This document shows, in pieces, positions 1 to 11,964 of a stretch of 34,008 nt of DNA. This stretch comes from Parvularia atlantis (taxonomy: Eukaryota). A program made the translations under genes and the position numbers. The notes under the pieces are model-generated. The model was not told the DNA's origin, ran no database searches, and was given only the letters and a program-made list of their open reading frames with translations. Positions within the stretch are counted from its first letter, which is position 1. Each line of letters begins with the position of its first letter. The stretch is taken from assembly GCA_943704415.1 (NCBI GenBank), contig CALSCO010000456.1, forward strand, positions 1 through 34,008. Reading direction: 5' to 3'.

Positions 1-27
1 ATGGTTGGAAAGACACAAGGCGCGCAC

Positions 28-254
28 TTTTATACGCACCTGTAAAGCCGAATTGCAAACATTTTGTGCAAAAGCAAACAAAGCGGAGTCGCTCACTGGA
101 GCAGAGTGCGCAGACGGAAGAGAGAAAATGGAGAGAAGTGGGTACTTTGCTTCATAAAGCGCGAAAAGGTCGTGACGGTCACACCGATGGATGACACATG
201 CTTTTGGCCAATCAGCGATAACCAAGAGCGATGACGTTACGTTCGCTGATTGGC
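28..254. promoter_or_regulatory. AT-richer divergent promoter: TATAAAA on minus strand (28-34), inverted CCAAT boxes (207-218 / 243-254), TGACGT (232-237)
   Basis: GCCAATCAGCGA and TCGCTGATTGGC form a perfect 12-bp inverted repeat. The minus strand ends ...CCAACCAT at position 1, resembling the Kozak context of other genes here, so a gene probably starts at the window edge. Confidence 0.55.
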
Positions 255-286
255 TCTGATTTCGAGTCTCGAAGTGTGACAACAGC

Positions 287-2370
287 GTGGCCGTCATCGT
301 ACTCGTCCTCCTCGCGGCGGCGGCGGCGGCGGCGGTGCCGCCACCCGTGCACTTTGTGCAGCTGTCGGACGTGCACGTGAGCCGCTGGCACCCGCACGAC
401 GGCGCCGCGCGGCTGCAGCGCATCGTCGACGAGGTGCTGCCGGCCGTACGCCCGGCCGCCGTTGTTGTGACGGGCGACTTGACGGACGGTGCGGCGGGTG
501 CGGCGGGTGCGGAGGCCGTGTCGTCTGACAGGGGGTTGGATGCGGATGCGCAGCCAAGGACGAACGCAAGCTGCGGTCGATGCAGCACGAGGACGAGTGG
601 CGCGTCTACCGCGACGTGCGCGTGCGCGCCCCGCCCAACGTGCCGTGGCTGGACCTGCGCGGCAACCACGACGCGTTCGCCGTGCGCGCGCGCGGCGGGC
701 CCGACGACTTGTACCGCGTGCACTCGGCCGTGCAGCGCGACACTTTCGACGTGCGCATCGGCCCGTGCGCGCTGCTCTCGATCGACGCAAGGTGCGCTCA
801 CGTCAGCGCATCGGCAGCGCAGCGCTCACGGCGCACGCACGCGCAGCCCCGAGCCTGGTGCCAGCCGTCCGCTGAACTTCTTCGGCATCATGGACCGCGC
901 GCGCCTGGACGACCTCGAGCGCCGCCTGGAGGCCGTGCGCGACGCGCGGCACGTCTTCGTCTTTGGGCACTACCCCGTGCGCGCAGCACACGTACGAGTG
1001 TGCGACGCTGACCGGCGCGCAGCTCAACTTCGTCCGCGCCGGGCTGAGCTCGAGTGGGCACAGCCTGCCGGCGCTGCTCGGGCGCGCGTCGGTGTACGCC
1101 GCTGGGCATCTGCACACGCTGCTCGGTGCGCGCGGACGCTCGCGCTGGGCTGTGCTCACCGTACCTGGCGCAGGCTACGCGCCGAGCATGTACCGCCACG
1201 CCGGCGCGTTCCTCGAGCTCGAGCTGGGCGACGTCAAGGACAACGGGCGCATGCGCGTGTTTGCGGTGGACGCAGACCGGGTCAGCTTCGTCGACGTCGG
1301 CGTGGGCGAGTGGCCGATCGTGCTCGTGACGCACCCGAAGGACGCGCGCTGGGGCCTACCGGGCAGGGAGCCGTCGCGCCCCGCCGACGAGATCCGCGCA
1401 CTCGTCTTCGCGCCGGCCGAAGCCGCCGTCACCGCCGTCGCCTTTGCTGTCGATGACGGCGCGTCCGTGCCCGCGCAGCCGTCGCCCGAGCACGTAAACC
1501 TCTGGACGGCGCGCTGGGACCCCGCGGCCGTCGCGCTCGGGCCGCATCGGCTGCGCACAAGCGTGCGGGACCGCGCGGGCCGCGAGACCGTGCGCGAGCT
1601 CGTGTTTGCACTCGATGGCACGCGCGTGGCGCACGTCGGCCTCGGCTACTGGGTGCTCGCGCTGCCGCTGCAGGCCACGGTGCGCCTGTGGGCTCTCGCC
1701 GGGGGCAAGACGCTCACGCGCGCGCCGGCCGCAGCTCGACACAATCATGATCGCGACGTGGCTCGCGGCCGTCGGCGCTGGCCTGCTGCTGCCGCTCGCG
1801 TGGACGTGGCACCTGCAGCGCGCGGGCCGCCTGGCAGCGTGGTGGACGCGCTGGCGCGGCGGGGCGTCGGCGTCGGCGTGGCAGTGGCTGTCGACGGGCG
1901 CGCTCGCGCTGGCGATTGAGCACCGCGCCGAGCACGCCCTGCTGCTCGCGTATGGACTGTATCTGCCCGTGGGCCCGCTCTACGTCGCCGAGCTGCTGCC
2001 GGGCGAGCGCGGCCGCGGCTGGGTGCACTTGTGGGGCTTCTGGTTCGGTGACGGCTCGGCCGTGCCCTCGTACGACGTCTGGGTGACGGCGCTCCCTGAC
2101 GTGGTCGTGCTGCTCGCACCGCTCGTGGTGCACGTCGCGCTGCGCTCGGTGCCGCAGCCGCACGCGCCGTGGCCGCCGAGAGCCGCGCGGACCATTGCCG
2201 GCTGCGTCGCCGGCCTCGGCTGGCTGCTGCTGTTGCGCGACTGCATGTCGACCGCGGTCGTGTACGGCACGGTGTCGCTGCTGCTCGGGCCGGGCAAGTC
2301 GTGGTGGTGCCTGGCGTCGCTGTGGCTGCTCCTCCCGCGCCGCCCACACGCGCCTGCCAAGCGTGTATAG
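287..2370 (+). CDS. TMEM62: TMEM62-like calcineurin-type metallophosphoesterase with C-terminal transmembrane region (5 introns)
   Basis: Spliced motifs LSDVH, TGDLTDAK (intron 489-553), WLDLRGNHDAF, RPLNFFG, FGHYP, GHLH, LELELGD. Signal-peptide-like N-terminus and hydrophobic C-terminal helices; stop TAG at 2370. Start codon uncertain. Confidence 0.85.
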
Positions 2371-2496
2371 GAGCCAATGGCACGGTGCGCCCGGCAACAA
2401 CGAGATTGAGGGGGAGAAAAGTGAGAGAGGCACGACGACGGAACAACAGACTCAACGAAATGGCGACGACGCGCTGCTGTTGCTGCTGGTGGTGGC

Positions 2497-5400
2497 TCAC
2501 CTGCGTGCGCCGCAAGGGCCATTGAGCACACCCGCGCGTAAGCCAAACGGGACACAAACGGACGCACTTGCGAAGGACCTCGCGGATCTGGCGAAGCTTC
2601 TCTGCGTCGGCCTTGTTCGCCGTCTGCTCGTTCTGCAGGCGCTCCTCGGCCGTGATGCGGCGCGTCGTCTCGAAGCGCAGCTTCTCCTCCAGCTGGGCCA
2701 CCTTGAGACGCTCGGCCTTGAGCGCCTCGAGCAGTGAGTTGTCGGCCTCCTCCTTGGCGCGCGCCGCGGCCGCGACCGCGTCGTTGGCCTCGCGCTCGAG
2801 CGCCGTCGCACGGACCTCGACCTGGGCGCGCGCCCGCGTGAGTGCTCGCGCGCACCAACCAGAGCACGCCGAGCCCGCACCTCCTTGCGCTTCTTCTCCT
2901 CGCCCAGCAGCTTCTCCGACAGCTCCTCCAGCTCGGCCTCGAGCTGGAGATTCTGGCGCTGAGACTCGGCCTTGTTCTTGTTCGCCTCGGCCAGCTGTGC
3001 GCGCAGGTCCGACACCTCCTCGTCCAGGTTGGCCTTGAGCTGGCCGATCGACGCCTTGGACGCCTCAGCCTCGTCCAGCCGGTTCTGCAGGCCCGTGATC
3101 TTGGCCTGGAGGTCGCGCAGCTGGTCGCTGAAGCGCTGCGCATCGGCGCTCTTGAGCCGCAGCTCGTTCTGTGCGTCGGCCAGCTGCGCCTCCATCGTGC
3201 GCTTGGACTTCTCCGCATCCAGGCGCTTGCGCTCGCTCTCCTGCAGCTGCGCGTCGAGGTCATCCTGTGCGCCATCGTGTCAGCGACAGAGCACAGCACG
3301 GCAGCGCGCCAGACACGTGCTTTGTTGGCCGCCAGCGACTTGCTCTCCTTCTTCAGGCGCTCGAGATGGCCCTGCAGCTCCGCCACGCGGACGTTGTTCT
3401 CGGCCACGAGCGCCTCGCTGTCGGCCCCCGCGCGTGCGTATGAGCCGCTGCCCGCCCGGCCCGCGTCACCCCCAGACGGTTCGCACCGCTTCTTGCGCTC
3501 GGCCTCGAGGTCGTCGCTCAGCTTGCTCTTCTCGACCTCGTAGATCTTCTTGAGCTTCTCGAGCTCCTCCGCGTTCTGCTTCTTGGTCTCCTCGACCGCC
3601 TTGAGGATCTCGGTGTTGTCCTCGAGCTTGAGCTGCAGGTCCTTGATCTCCTGCGCGAGCTTGCGCGCGTTGGCCTCAAGCTTGGCGTTCTCGGCGTCGG
3701 CCTCCTCGAGCGACTTCTCGAGCTCTGCCCACCGCCGGGGTAAGCTGCGCGCCCGCTCGCCCGCTCGCACGCAGGCGCACCGTTCAGGTCGGCCTTCATC
3801 TTCGACTTCTGGTCCTCGAGCTGGTCCAGGCGCTTGAGCGTCGTCTCGAGCGACTCCTTCTCGGCCATCAGCTCCGACGACAGCTCGTCGCGCTCCTTCT
3901 CGAGCTGCGACTTGAGCGTCTCGAGGGCCTGCGTGCGCTCAGTGAGCGCCCCCGAAAAGACGGCGGCTCACGGGCTGCGCGTGCACCTGGCGCTGCTCCT
4001 GCTCCTTCTTGAGCGCCTCCTCGAGCTCGGTGATGCGGTCCTTGAGCTTCTGCTCGGCCTGCTCCTGGCGGTAGATGCCCAGCAGCGGCTTGACCTGGCG
4101 GTAGAGCTTCCACCACGACCAGTTGTACAGGTCGATGAAGACCTTGGCGTTCTTCTGGATGACGAGGATGGCGTCCGACTTGCCTGGAAGGCGGCGGGGC
4201 GGGGCGCGCGGCGTCAGTAGGCAGCCGAGGCCACCCGTCGCGCACGCACCGTGCGCGCGGCGGTACGAGCGGCGGGCGAGGTAGCCGCGGGCGATGGCCT
4301 GGAAGCCCGTCAGGAGCTGGCCAATCTTGTCGTCGCGGCGCTCCTCGAGCGCGGCGATCACGCCCGACTTGAAGAAGATCTTGCTGAGACCCATGCGGTA
4401 CTCCTCCTTCTTGACCTGTTTTGCGCGCGCGCAGCGGACGGGCGCGTGAGCACGACCACCCATTACCCGCCACGCAGGGAAGGGCTTGCGCACGTTGAGC
4501 GCCGTGACGAGCTTCTCCGACGCGACCTTCGAGTCCATAAAGCCCTTGGGGATCGTGCCCGCGGCGAGGATCTCGTACCTGCGCGTGCGGCGGCGATGCG
4601 CACCCGTGAGCACCGCGCCGCGGTCCATCAGCACGCCGCACCGCTGCTTGAACTCGGCGAAGGGGATGCGCGACGGGAAGCCCATGCGCACGATACGGAT
4701 GCCCTCGAGCACACCGTTGCAGCGCAGCTGCTCGAGCACCAGCGGCGCGTCGATGACGCCGGCCTTCTTCTGCTCGTTGGGGATGATGCACCGCACAAAA
4801 TGCGGGTGCGTTTGGTAGAGGGTGGTGAGCAGGTTGGTCAGCTGCTGGCGGTGGCGCTGGCTGACGGTGATGAAGTTGTTGGCCTTGCCGCGGCGCTCCG
4901 TGACCTCGTCGACGTCGGTCGCGTCCTCAAACAGCTTGGCGACGAGCTCGTTGGTCGACTTGCGGAAGAGCCACGCGACGTTGTCGTTGATCGGGTCCTT
5001 GTTCTTGTCGAGCCAGTTGTTGGTGTCGTACTCGACCTGGCGCGTCCCGCGCCAGGCGTCAGCATGCGCGCTTGCCTCGCACGCAGCCCCGAGCGCGCAC
5101 GCACCTTGCCCGCGTAGTGCGTGATCACAAACATGTGTGGGTTGAGGCGGAGCTTGCCGTACTGCGTGCTCTTGCCCTCGTGCTGCGCGTGTAGCTTCTC
5201 GATGAAGCTCGTGTCGGTGGCCTTGGGGAAGAGGCACTCCTCGTCGAGGATGGACATGATGCCCATGGGCTGGCGCGGCGCGGCACGGCTGTGAGCCTGC
5301 CGTGCTGTACCACCGCGCCCACGACAAGAGCGCACCTTCTCGATCAGGTCGATCGTCGGCTGCAGGTCCAGGCCAAAGTCGACGAAGGTCCACTCGATGC

Positions 5401-7606
5401 CCTCGCGCATGTACTCCTCCTGCTCGAGCACAAACATGTGGTGGTTGAAGAACTGCTGCAGCTTCTCGTTGGTCAGGTTGATGCACAGCTGCTCGAAGCT
5501 GTTGAGCTCGAAGATCTCGAAGCCGGCAATGTCGAGGCAGCCGATGAAGGTCGCGGCGCGGCCGTGCACCTCGAGGGCGCTGTTGATCTGGGCACGGGGG
5601 GGGGGGGGGGGGGGNNNNNNNNNNNNNNNNNNNNNNNNNNNNNNNNNNNNNNNNNNNNNNNNNNNNNNNNNNNNNNNNNNNNNNNNNNNNNNNNNNNNNN
5701 NNNNNNNNNNNNNNNNNNNNNNNNNNNNNNNNNNNNNNNNNNNNNNNNNNNNNNNNNNNNNGGGGGGGGCCGCACGCGCGCGCGATGAGCGTGGTCGCGC
5801 GCTGCACCGCACGTGGGGGCCGCACCTTGGAGACGATCCACTTGAACATGCGCTCGTACGTGACCTTGGCGAGGGCTTCGCACGAGTACTCGGCCTTCTG
5901 CGCGTTGACCATCTGCGTGACGACCTCGCGGCCGGCACGGACGCGCGGCTTGACGAGGGCCTTCTGGAAATCGGCCGACTTGATGCCGAGCACGTGCGAG
6001 ATCTTGTCGCAGACTGGCGCACGCACGCGCACGCGCGGTGAGCAGGAGCAGCCGCGACAAGGGAGAAAAAAAACGCACTCGCCGTGTCCTTGATCTTGGC
6101 CGCGTCGTCGTTGCGCGACTGCTGGAACTCCATGTTGCCGAGCAGAAGCACACCCGAGAGGATGCGGAAGATGTTGTTGATCTCTGCCTCGGTGAAGCCG
6201 ATCGTCTTGATGGCGTTCATCGTGTCGCCAAACTCGCGTACGTTGTCGACGCCGTCGATCGTCGTCTCGCCCTCGAGGTATTTGTAGTGGCGCGGTGCCT
6301 CGAGGAACATGTCCTCTTTTTGCTGCGGCGACGCCGCGTCTAGCAGCTGGTAGAAGATGTGGAACGAGCGCTCGTTCTTGGCGTGGCGCACGACACGCGA
6401 CTTCTCGAGCAGGTCTGTGCGCGGCAGCGTCAGGCGATGCACGGCAGCAAGGGGGGCGCGCACAGTTGTCGATGTTGCAGCCGACAATCTTGCCGTCCGA
6501 GCCAAACTCGATGCGGATGAACTTGCCCTGCGCGCACGCGCGACCGTGAGTGCCTCACGGGGGCGGCGATGGACGGAAACGGCGCGCGACGCACGAAGCG
6601 CGACGAGTTGTTGTTGCGGATCGTCTTGGCGTTGCCGAAGGCCTCCAGCAGCGGGTTGGTCTGGAGGATCTGCTGCTCGAGCTTGTTCTGTGTGCGCGGC
6701 ACCATCAGCGGACGATGCGTGCGCGCGTAGACAACGCACCTGCGTCGCGCCGCCCGACGTGCCGGCGACGGCCGCGAGATACTGAATCACCTTCTTGGTG
6801 TTCTCGGTCTTGCCGGCGCCCGACTCACCCCTGCGACGCAGGTCAGCCACGCAGCGGGGCTGGATCCGCGGCCCACGCACGTGATGAGCAGCGACTGGTT
6901 GTCCTTGTCTGCGGTGTGGTGCGCGAGGGTGGCGTGAGCGCGCGCGCACGGGCGAGGGCGAGAAGAGCGGCACGCACTCTGCAGCATGTCACGGTAGGCC
7001 TCGTCGCACACGGCGAACACGTGCGGCGGCATCTCCCTGCGCTTCTTGCCCTGCGTTGCGCGCGTGCAAGACGTGAGTCGTGATTGTCGCGCGAGACGAG
7101 GCGCGCGCGCCGCACCTTGTACATGCCGACGATCTCGTCCGTGTAGATCGGCAGGCGCTTCCACGGGTTGATCACGACGAGGAACAGGCCCGAGTAGGTG
7201 TAGATCAGGTTGGCGTAGTAGCGGTCGCGCAGGTTGTGCAGCACCGACGACTCGTTCAGGTGCGTGAGCTCGGCCATGTCCTCGCACTTGTCGAACTTGG
7301 GCGGGTTCATGTTCTCAAGGTCGTCCTTGTTGACCGTCTGCTCGTTGCCGTTCTGGAGCTTGACCTGGACCTCGTTGCCGTTCTCCTTGAGCACGTAGCA
7401 CGCGACGCAGCCCTCCTTGGCGTCGATGAGCCACATCCACTGCGGGCAGGCGGCGGTGAGCGGCCCTTTTTTTTCTTCTTTTTTTCGTTCCTCGTGATGG
7501 GGCGGGAGATGTGCACGCGGCGCACCTTCTTCGAGGCCCACTCCTGCTGCTTCGCCTCCTGCAGCTTCTGCTGCTCCGAGCGCAGATCCTTGATCGCGGT
7601 GGCCAT
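2497..7606 (-). CDS. Class II myosin heavy chain, 21 exons, about 1220 aa
   Basis: [20 protein letters not shown]-loop [23 protein letters not shown], class-II-type [21 protein letters not shown] region, [12 protein letters not shown], then heptad coiled coil. My exon lengths sum to 3663 nt in frame. Confidence 0.95.
5596..5769. other. Assembly gap (147 N, 5615-5761) flanked by poly-G, inside a myosin intron (5588-5825)
   Basis: G19 before and G8 after the N run. The flanking exons join in frame (VSK|INSA), so no coding sequence appears to be missing. Confidence 0.9.
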
Positions 7607-7907
7607 GGCTGCGGCGGTGCGGCGACTGCGGCTGAGAGGGGGCGCGTGTGAGCGCGCGTGCGGCCGCAGCGTGCGCGGCCGTGAGAAGACGAAAGAAAGA
7701 TCTTAGGCACTGCCCGCGCCGCGCATCCCGCGCCCGCCCCCTGCTCGCCCTGCCGAAACGCGCGCGCGCGCGGCGAGGGAGCGGGCTCTGCGCGCGCGGT
7801 GGCGGCCCGCGGCGGTGCGGCGAGGCGCGTCAGGGCCAGAAAAAGCGGCAGAGCGAGGCAGATGCCCCAAAATAGCTTCGCCGTTTCCCAGCCACGCACT
7901 TGCGCGC

Positions 7908-8896
7908 ATGGACGAGCGTCACCTTTGCTTCCTGGGTGACGCCGACGACGCCGACGCCGCGACGCAGCAGCCGCTCGTGCCGCGCACGTTCGAGCCGCGC
8001 AGGTCGGACGTGTACGTGGCGTCGTACATGAAGGTGCGGCGGATCTCCCCATGCGGGCGACTGACCGCTTCCCCTCGAGACAGTCCGGCACGACCTGGGT
8101 GCTCTACCTCGTGCGCCTCCTCGTGCGCCTGCGCGCGGGCGACGGCGACGCCTTCGCGCGCCTGACCGATGTGTGCCCGTGGATCGAGGCCGTGGACGCG
8201 CGCGCGCCGACCGCTGACCGCGGCGCCGCGCTCAACGCACTCCCGGCGCCGCGCGTGATCAAGACCCACGCCCTCCCGCGGCACCTCCCGCCCGTCGGCC
8301 GCGTCGTCTGCGTCGTGCGCGACCCGTGCGACGTCGCCGTATCGCTGTACGCGCACGCCATCGGCTTTCAGGCGTTCGACGACACGTTTGAGCGCTTCCT
8401 CGAGCTCATGGGCCGCGGCGGGTGCACCTACTTTGGCAACTTTGCGCCGTGGCCGGCGCACGTGCGCGCGTGGCTGGACGAGGCCGCGCGCGACCCCGCG
8501 CAGGGTACGACGCGTGCGGATCGGCGAGGCTGTGCTGATCGGCCCGCGCCAGTGCTCGTCGTGCGGTACGAGGACCTGCTGGCCGACGCCGCGGGCACGA
8601 TCGCACGGCTGGCTGCGTTCCTCGGCATCGACGCGTCGGTGGACGAGCTCGAGCACGTGCGCGAGCTGGCGACGTTCGAGCGCATGCGTGCGCAGGCCGA
8701 GCGCTTCAACTACGTGTGGCAGGACGCCGAGAGCCAGGAGCGGTTCAGCTTCTTCCGTGTGGGGCGTGCGGGCACGTGGCGCGAGCACGCGTCGCGCGAG
8801 GCGTGGGCGGCGTTCCGGGCGGCCGTGGCGGCTGATCTGCGGGCGGACGGGCGAGACAGCGCGGCGCACGTGCTGCTCTTTGGCAGTCTGGGCTGA
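7908..8896 (+). CDS. Cytosolic-type sulfotransferase (Sulfotransfer_1 family), 2 introns
   Basis: PAPS-binding loop ASYMK|SGTTW (intron 8034-8083), catalytic IKTH, RDPCDVAVS, RYEDL, FFRVGRAGTW (RxGxxGxW). Confidence 0.88.
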
Positions 8897-8934
8897 ACCG
8901 GGCTGGGCAAGCGGACGTGGCAGGGCAGACAGCC

Positions 8935-9029
8935 GTGACGCCGGAGTGACGCCCGAGTGACGGCACTGCGCGGGCAGCGGCCCTTTCACGCGCACTCTGC
9001 CGCCCCGAGACTGCCCACCAGGTATAAAG
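8935..9029 (+). promoter_or_regulatory. Three tandem GTGACG (CRE-half-site-like) motifs and TATAAAG upstream of the HAM1-like gene
   Basis: GTGACG occurs three times in about 8935-8963; TATAAAG is at 9023-9029; a pyrimidine-rich leader runs to ccaccATG at 9193. Confidence 0.45.
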
Positions 9030-9192
9030 TGCGTCTGGCCGCGCCCCCGTCGCTTGCTGCTTTTCTTCTCTCCCCCTCCCCTCTGCGCCTTTCGGCCGCG
9101 TGCTGACAACCCCCCCGGCCCCTGCCCGCCCGCTCGCAGTCTCTCTCTGCCTTTTCTCCCCCCCAACAACCACTACCACAACCGCAACCACC

Positions 9193-11856
9193 ATGGTGCT
9201 CGGCAAGGAACAGCCCACGACGCTCGAGGAGCAGCTCGCGATGCAGCGCAGCAGCGCCGTGTCCGAGGGCCAGAAGGTCTCGCTCCAGGAGCAGCTGGCG
9301 TACACGCGCGCCGCGGCCGCCCAGGATGCGTCGTCGTCGGCCTACTCGGACCTGCAGGCGCAGCAGACGGCCAAGGAGGTGACGATGTCGATGCAGCAGG
9401 GCGAGCTCCCGGGCAACCCGGTCATTGCCAACATCCTCGACCGCGGCGAGGCCGTGACGGTGCGTATGGACGCGCGCGCTGCCGCTGCCGTTGCGGCACT
9501 TACGCTCGGGGCGCGCCAGGCCGCCAAGATGGCCGACCCCACGCTGTCGACTGACGCGCGCCAGGCCGCTGACGACCTGCGCAACCTGCTCTCGCTCACG
9601 CGCGAGATGCTCGTGACCAAGAACCAAGACGAGGCGCTGCAGCGCGTCGTGCACCACAGCAAGGAGGCCGGCGTGGCCTCGGCGTGTGCGTGATGCCGTG
9701 GGCTGACGCGCGCCCACATATGCTCACCGGGGCCGCGCTTGCCCGCAGCCGCCGCCGCCAGCACCGGCCCGACCGCCCAGGTCGGCCGCGTGCGCGAGAA
9801 GACGGGCGAGCTCGCAATGACGACCTACAACCTGGTCAAGCTGATGGCGCGCTCGGGCGACTTCCGCAAGTGCGTCTGCGCGTGCGCGGACCATCGGCTG
9901 ACGCGCGCGTCGTCGCCAGGCTCGTCATGGACCTGGTCAACATTGTCTCGGACTTCACCAAGAACCGCTTCGAGGGTGCGCAGCAGACGACGCGCCAGCA
10001 GGAGACGCCCGAGGACGCCGGCCGCGAGCTTGGCGAGCGCACGCGCGCCCAGGGCAAGGAGGTCCGCGAGGTGCGCGTGCTCGGCCTCCCGCTCGCCCGT
10101 GCGCGTGTTTGTCACACGCGGCACGCGCTCGCAGGCGCTAAAGGACGACCGCGTCCAGGACCGCCTGATCGACCGCTTCCACGACTGGCTCAAGAAGATC
10201 AACCGGCGCGACGACTTCCGCCAGGTGGCGTTTCGTGCCCGCTGCGCCGCGCGTGCTGAGCCGCCGTCCGCCGGCCAGGGCATCCGCGAGCTCGTCGACT
10301 CGCTCGACGACTTTGCGCGCTTCGGCGGCGACACGAACGAGGAGCTGCGCAACAACCCGGACCTGCTCCAGGCGCGCCTGCACTCTGCCCGGGTGCGCTC
10401 GCTCGCCCTCCGTGCCAGCTGCAGTGCGGCTCACGCGTGCTGCACGCCAGGCCCGCGCCGAGGCCAAGAAGGTCGTCGAGCGCTTCGCGTCGGGCTACTC
10501 GATTGACAACATCCTCCAGTCGATGAAGAACATCCTTGAGGACGCCCAACGCGACGAGGAGCTGCGCGACTTCCTCTACAGCCTGCGCGAGTTTGTGATG
10601 CGCTCCATCAACGAGCCCGAGGTGCGTTGGCTGTGCCGCGCGCGCCGCGCCCTGACGCGCCGTGCCGCGCACAGTTTGTCGAGAGCGACAGCTGGCGCGA
10701 GGAGGCCCGCAACAAGAAGAACCGCAGCAAGGAGGTCTTTGATCGCATCCGCCCGCACATCGACCGCTTCGTGGACGAGGTGCGCGCGCGAGCGTCTCCG
10801 TTTGTGCCGTGCTCCGCTCACGGCCCGCCGCAGTCGCGCGCGCTCATGGACGCGTTCAAGGGCGACCCGCAGCTAATGGCGCTGTCGCAGTCGACGCGGG
10901 TGCGTGAGTGCACGGCCGTTTGCATGCTGCGTCTTACGCCGCTCCCGTCCGCGCTGCAGAGCTTTGTGCAGCACCTGTTCCTGGACGAGAACGGCCGGCC
11001 CAAGCTCAAGCCCGGCGTGCTGCTGGACCTGCGCAGCATCCTCGGCCCGCTGCTGCAGGAGGAGCTCAAGTACATCTACGTGCCGCGGCTGGCGTCGGAC
11101 GACGAGTCGATCACGTGGGTGCTCGACAACGTCATGCTCAAGGGCGAGGACGTCCTGCCCGACAAGATCGTGGTCGAGAACTACAACAAGATGGTCATGA
11201 GCCCGACCAAGGTGGACGAGCAGGCCATGGGCTCGACTCTGCGCATCTACATGTTCGTTCGTTCGGGCGCGTGCTGGCGCGGCGGTACGGTCTGACGGCG
11301 GCGCGCAGCTCGGGCATCCGCGCGCACCTGTACGACGTGCGCATGGCGTACGCGCGCAAGACCTTCCCGAAGATGGAGGACGTGATCACGTTCGACGCGC
11401 ACCTCGCGGGTGACGGCCTGAGCATGGAGATCATCCTGTCGACGACGCCGCGCGTGCGTTCTTTTGACCGCTGCCGTTCGCGCGGACGAGCTGAGCGTCG
11501 GTGGCCGCAGGTCGACCACCTCTTCCGCATCGTCTCGATCAAGACCGACGTGGACGAGTTCACGCTCAACAACATCCACGGCGTCGACCACAGCAAGTGC
11601 GTCGTCGCATCGCTGTGCCTTGCGCGGCGCTCACTCGCGCCCGCAGCATGCTGTACACGCTCATGAAGCCCATCATCCAGAACCAGGTTCGGCGCAACAT
11701 GGAGTCGTCGATCACCGACGCGATTCGCACGCGCCTGCTGGTGCGTCTGCGGCCGGGCCGCCTGCGCCGCCGTGCTCACACGCTTGCACGCGCACACGTC
11801 TGCAGGACGTCGACCAGCTCCTGCTCGCGTACAAGGACCGCATCAGCCTGACGTGA
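9193..11856 (+). CDS. HAM1-like / DUF4449-DUF5923 family protein (helical N-terminus, BPI/TULIP-like C-terminus), about 13 introns
   Basis: HLFLDENGRPKLKP, YIYVPRL..DD, LDNVML..EDVLPDKI, ISGIRAHLYDV, KTFPKMED, LAGDGL and MLYTLMKP resemble the fungal DUF4449 family as I recall it. Confidence 0.7.
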
Positions 11857-11964
11857 GCGTGGCCGGCAGTGAAGGACGCCGCCCGGGCAGCGGCCGATGT
11901 CCTTGTCGTTCGCTTATTTATCCGACATGACACACTTTTGGTTGGGGCGGTTGCGGGCGGGCGT

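Noticed and set aside
5596..5769. Poly-G-flanked gap as a hidden insertion or missing exon
   Set aside because: The flanking exons join in frame into an uninterrupted motor domain; this is most simply a homopolymer sequencing dropout.
4838..6973. Apparent frameshifts in myosin and other genes (pseudogenes, programmed frameshifting or RNA editing)
   Set aside because: Every frame change is resolved by a short GT/GC-AG intron with a branch-like motif.
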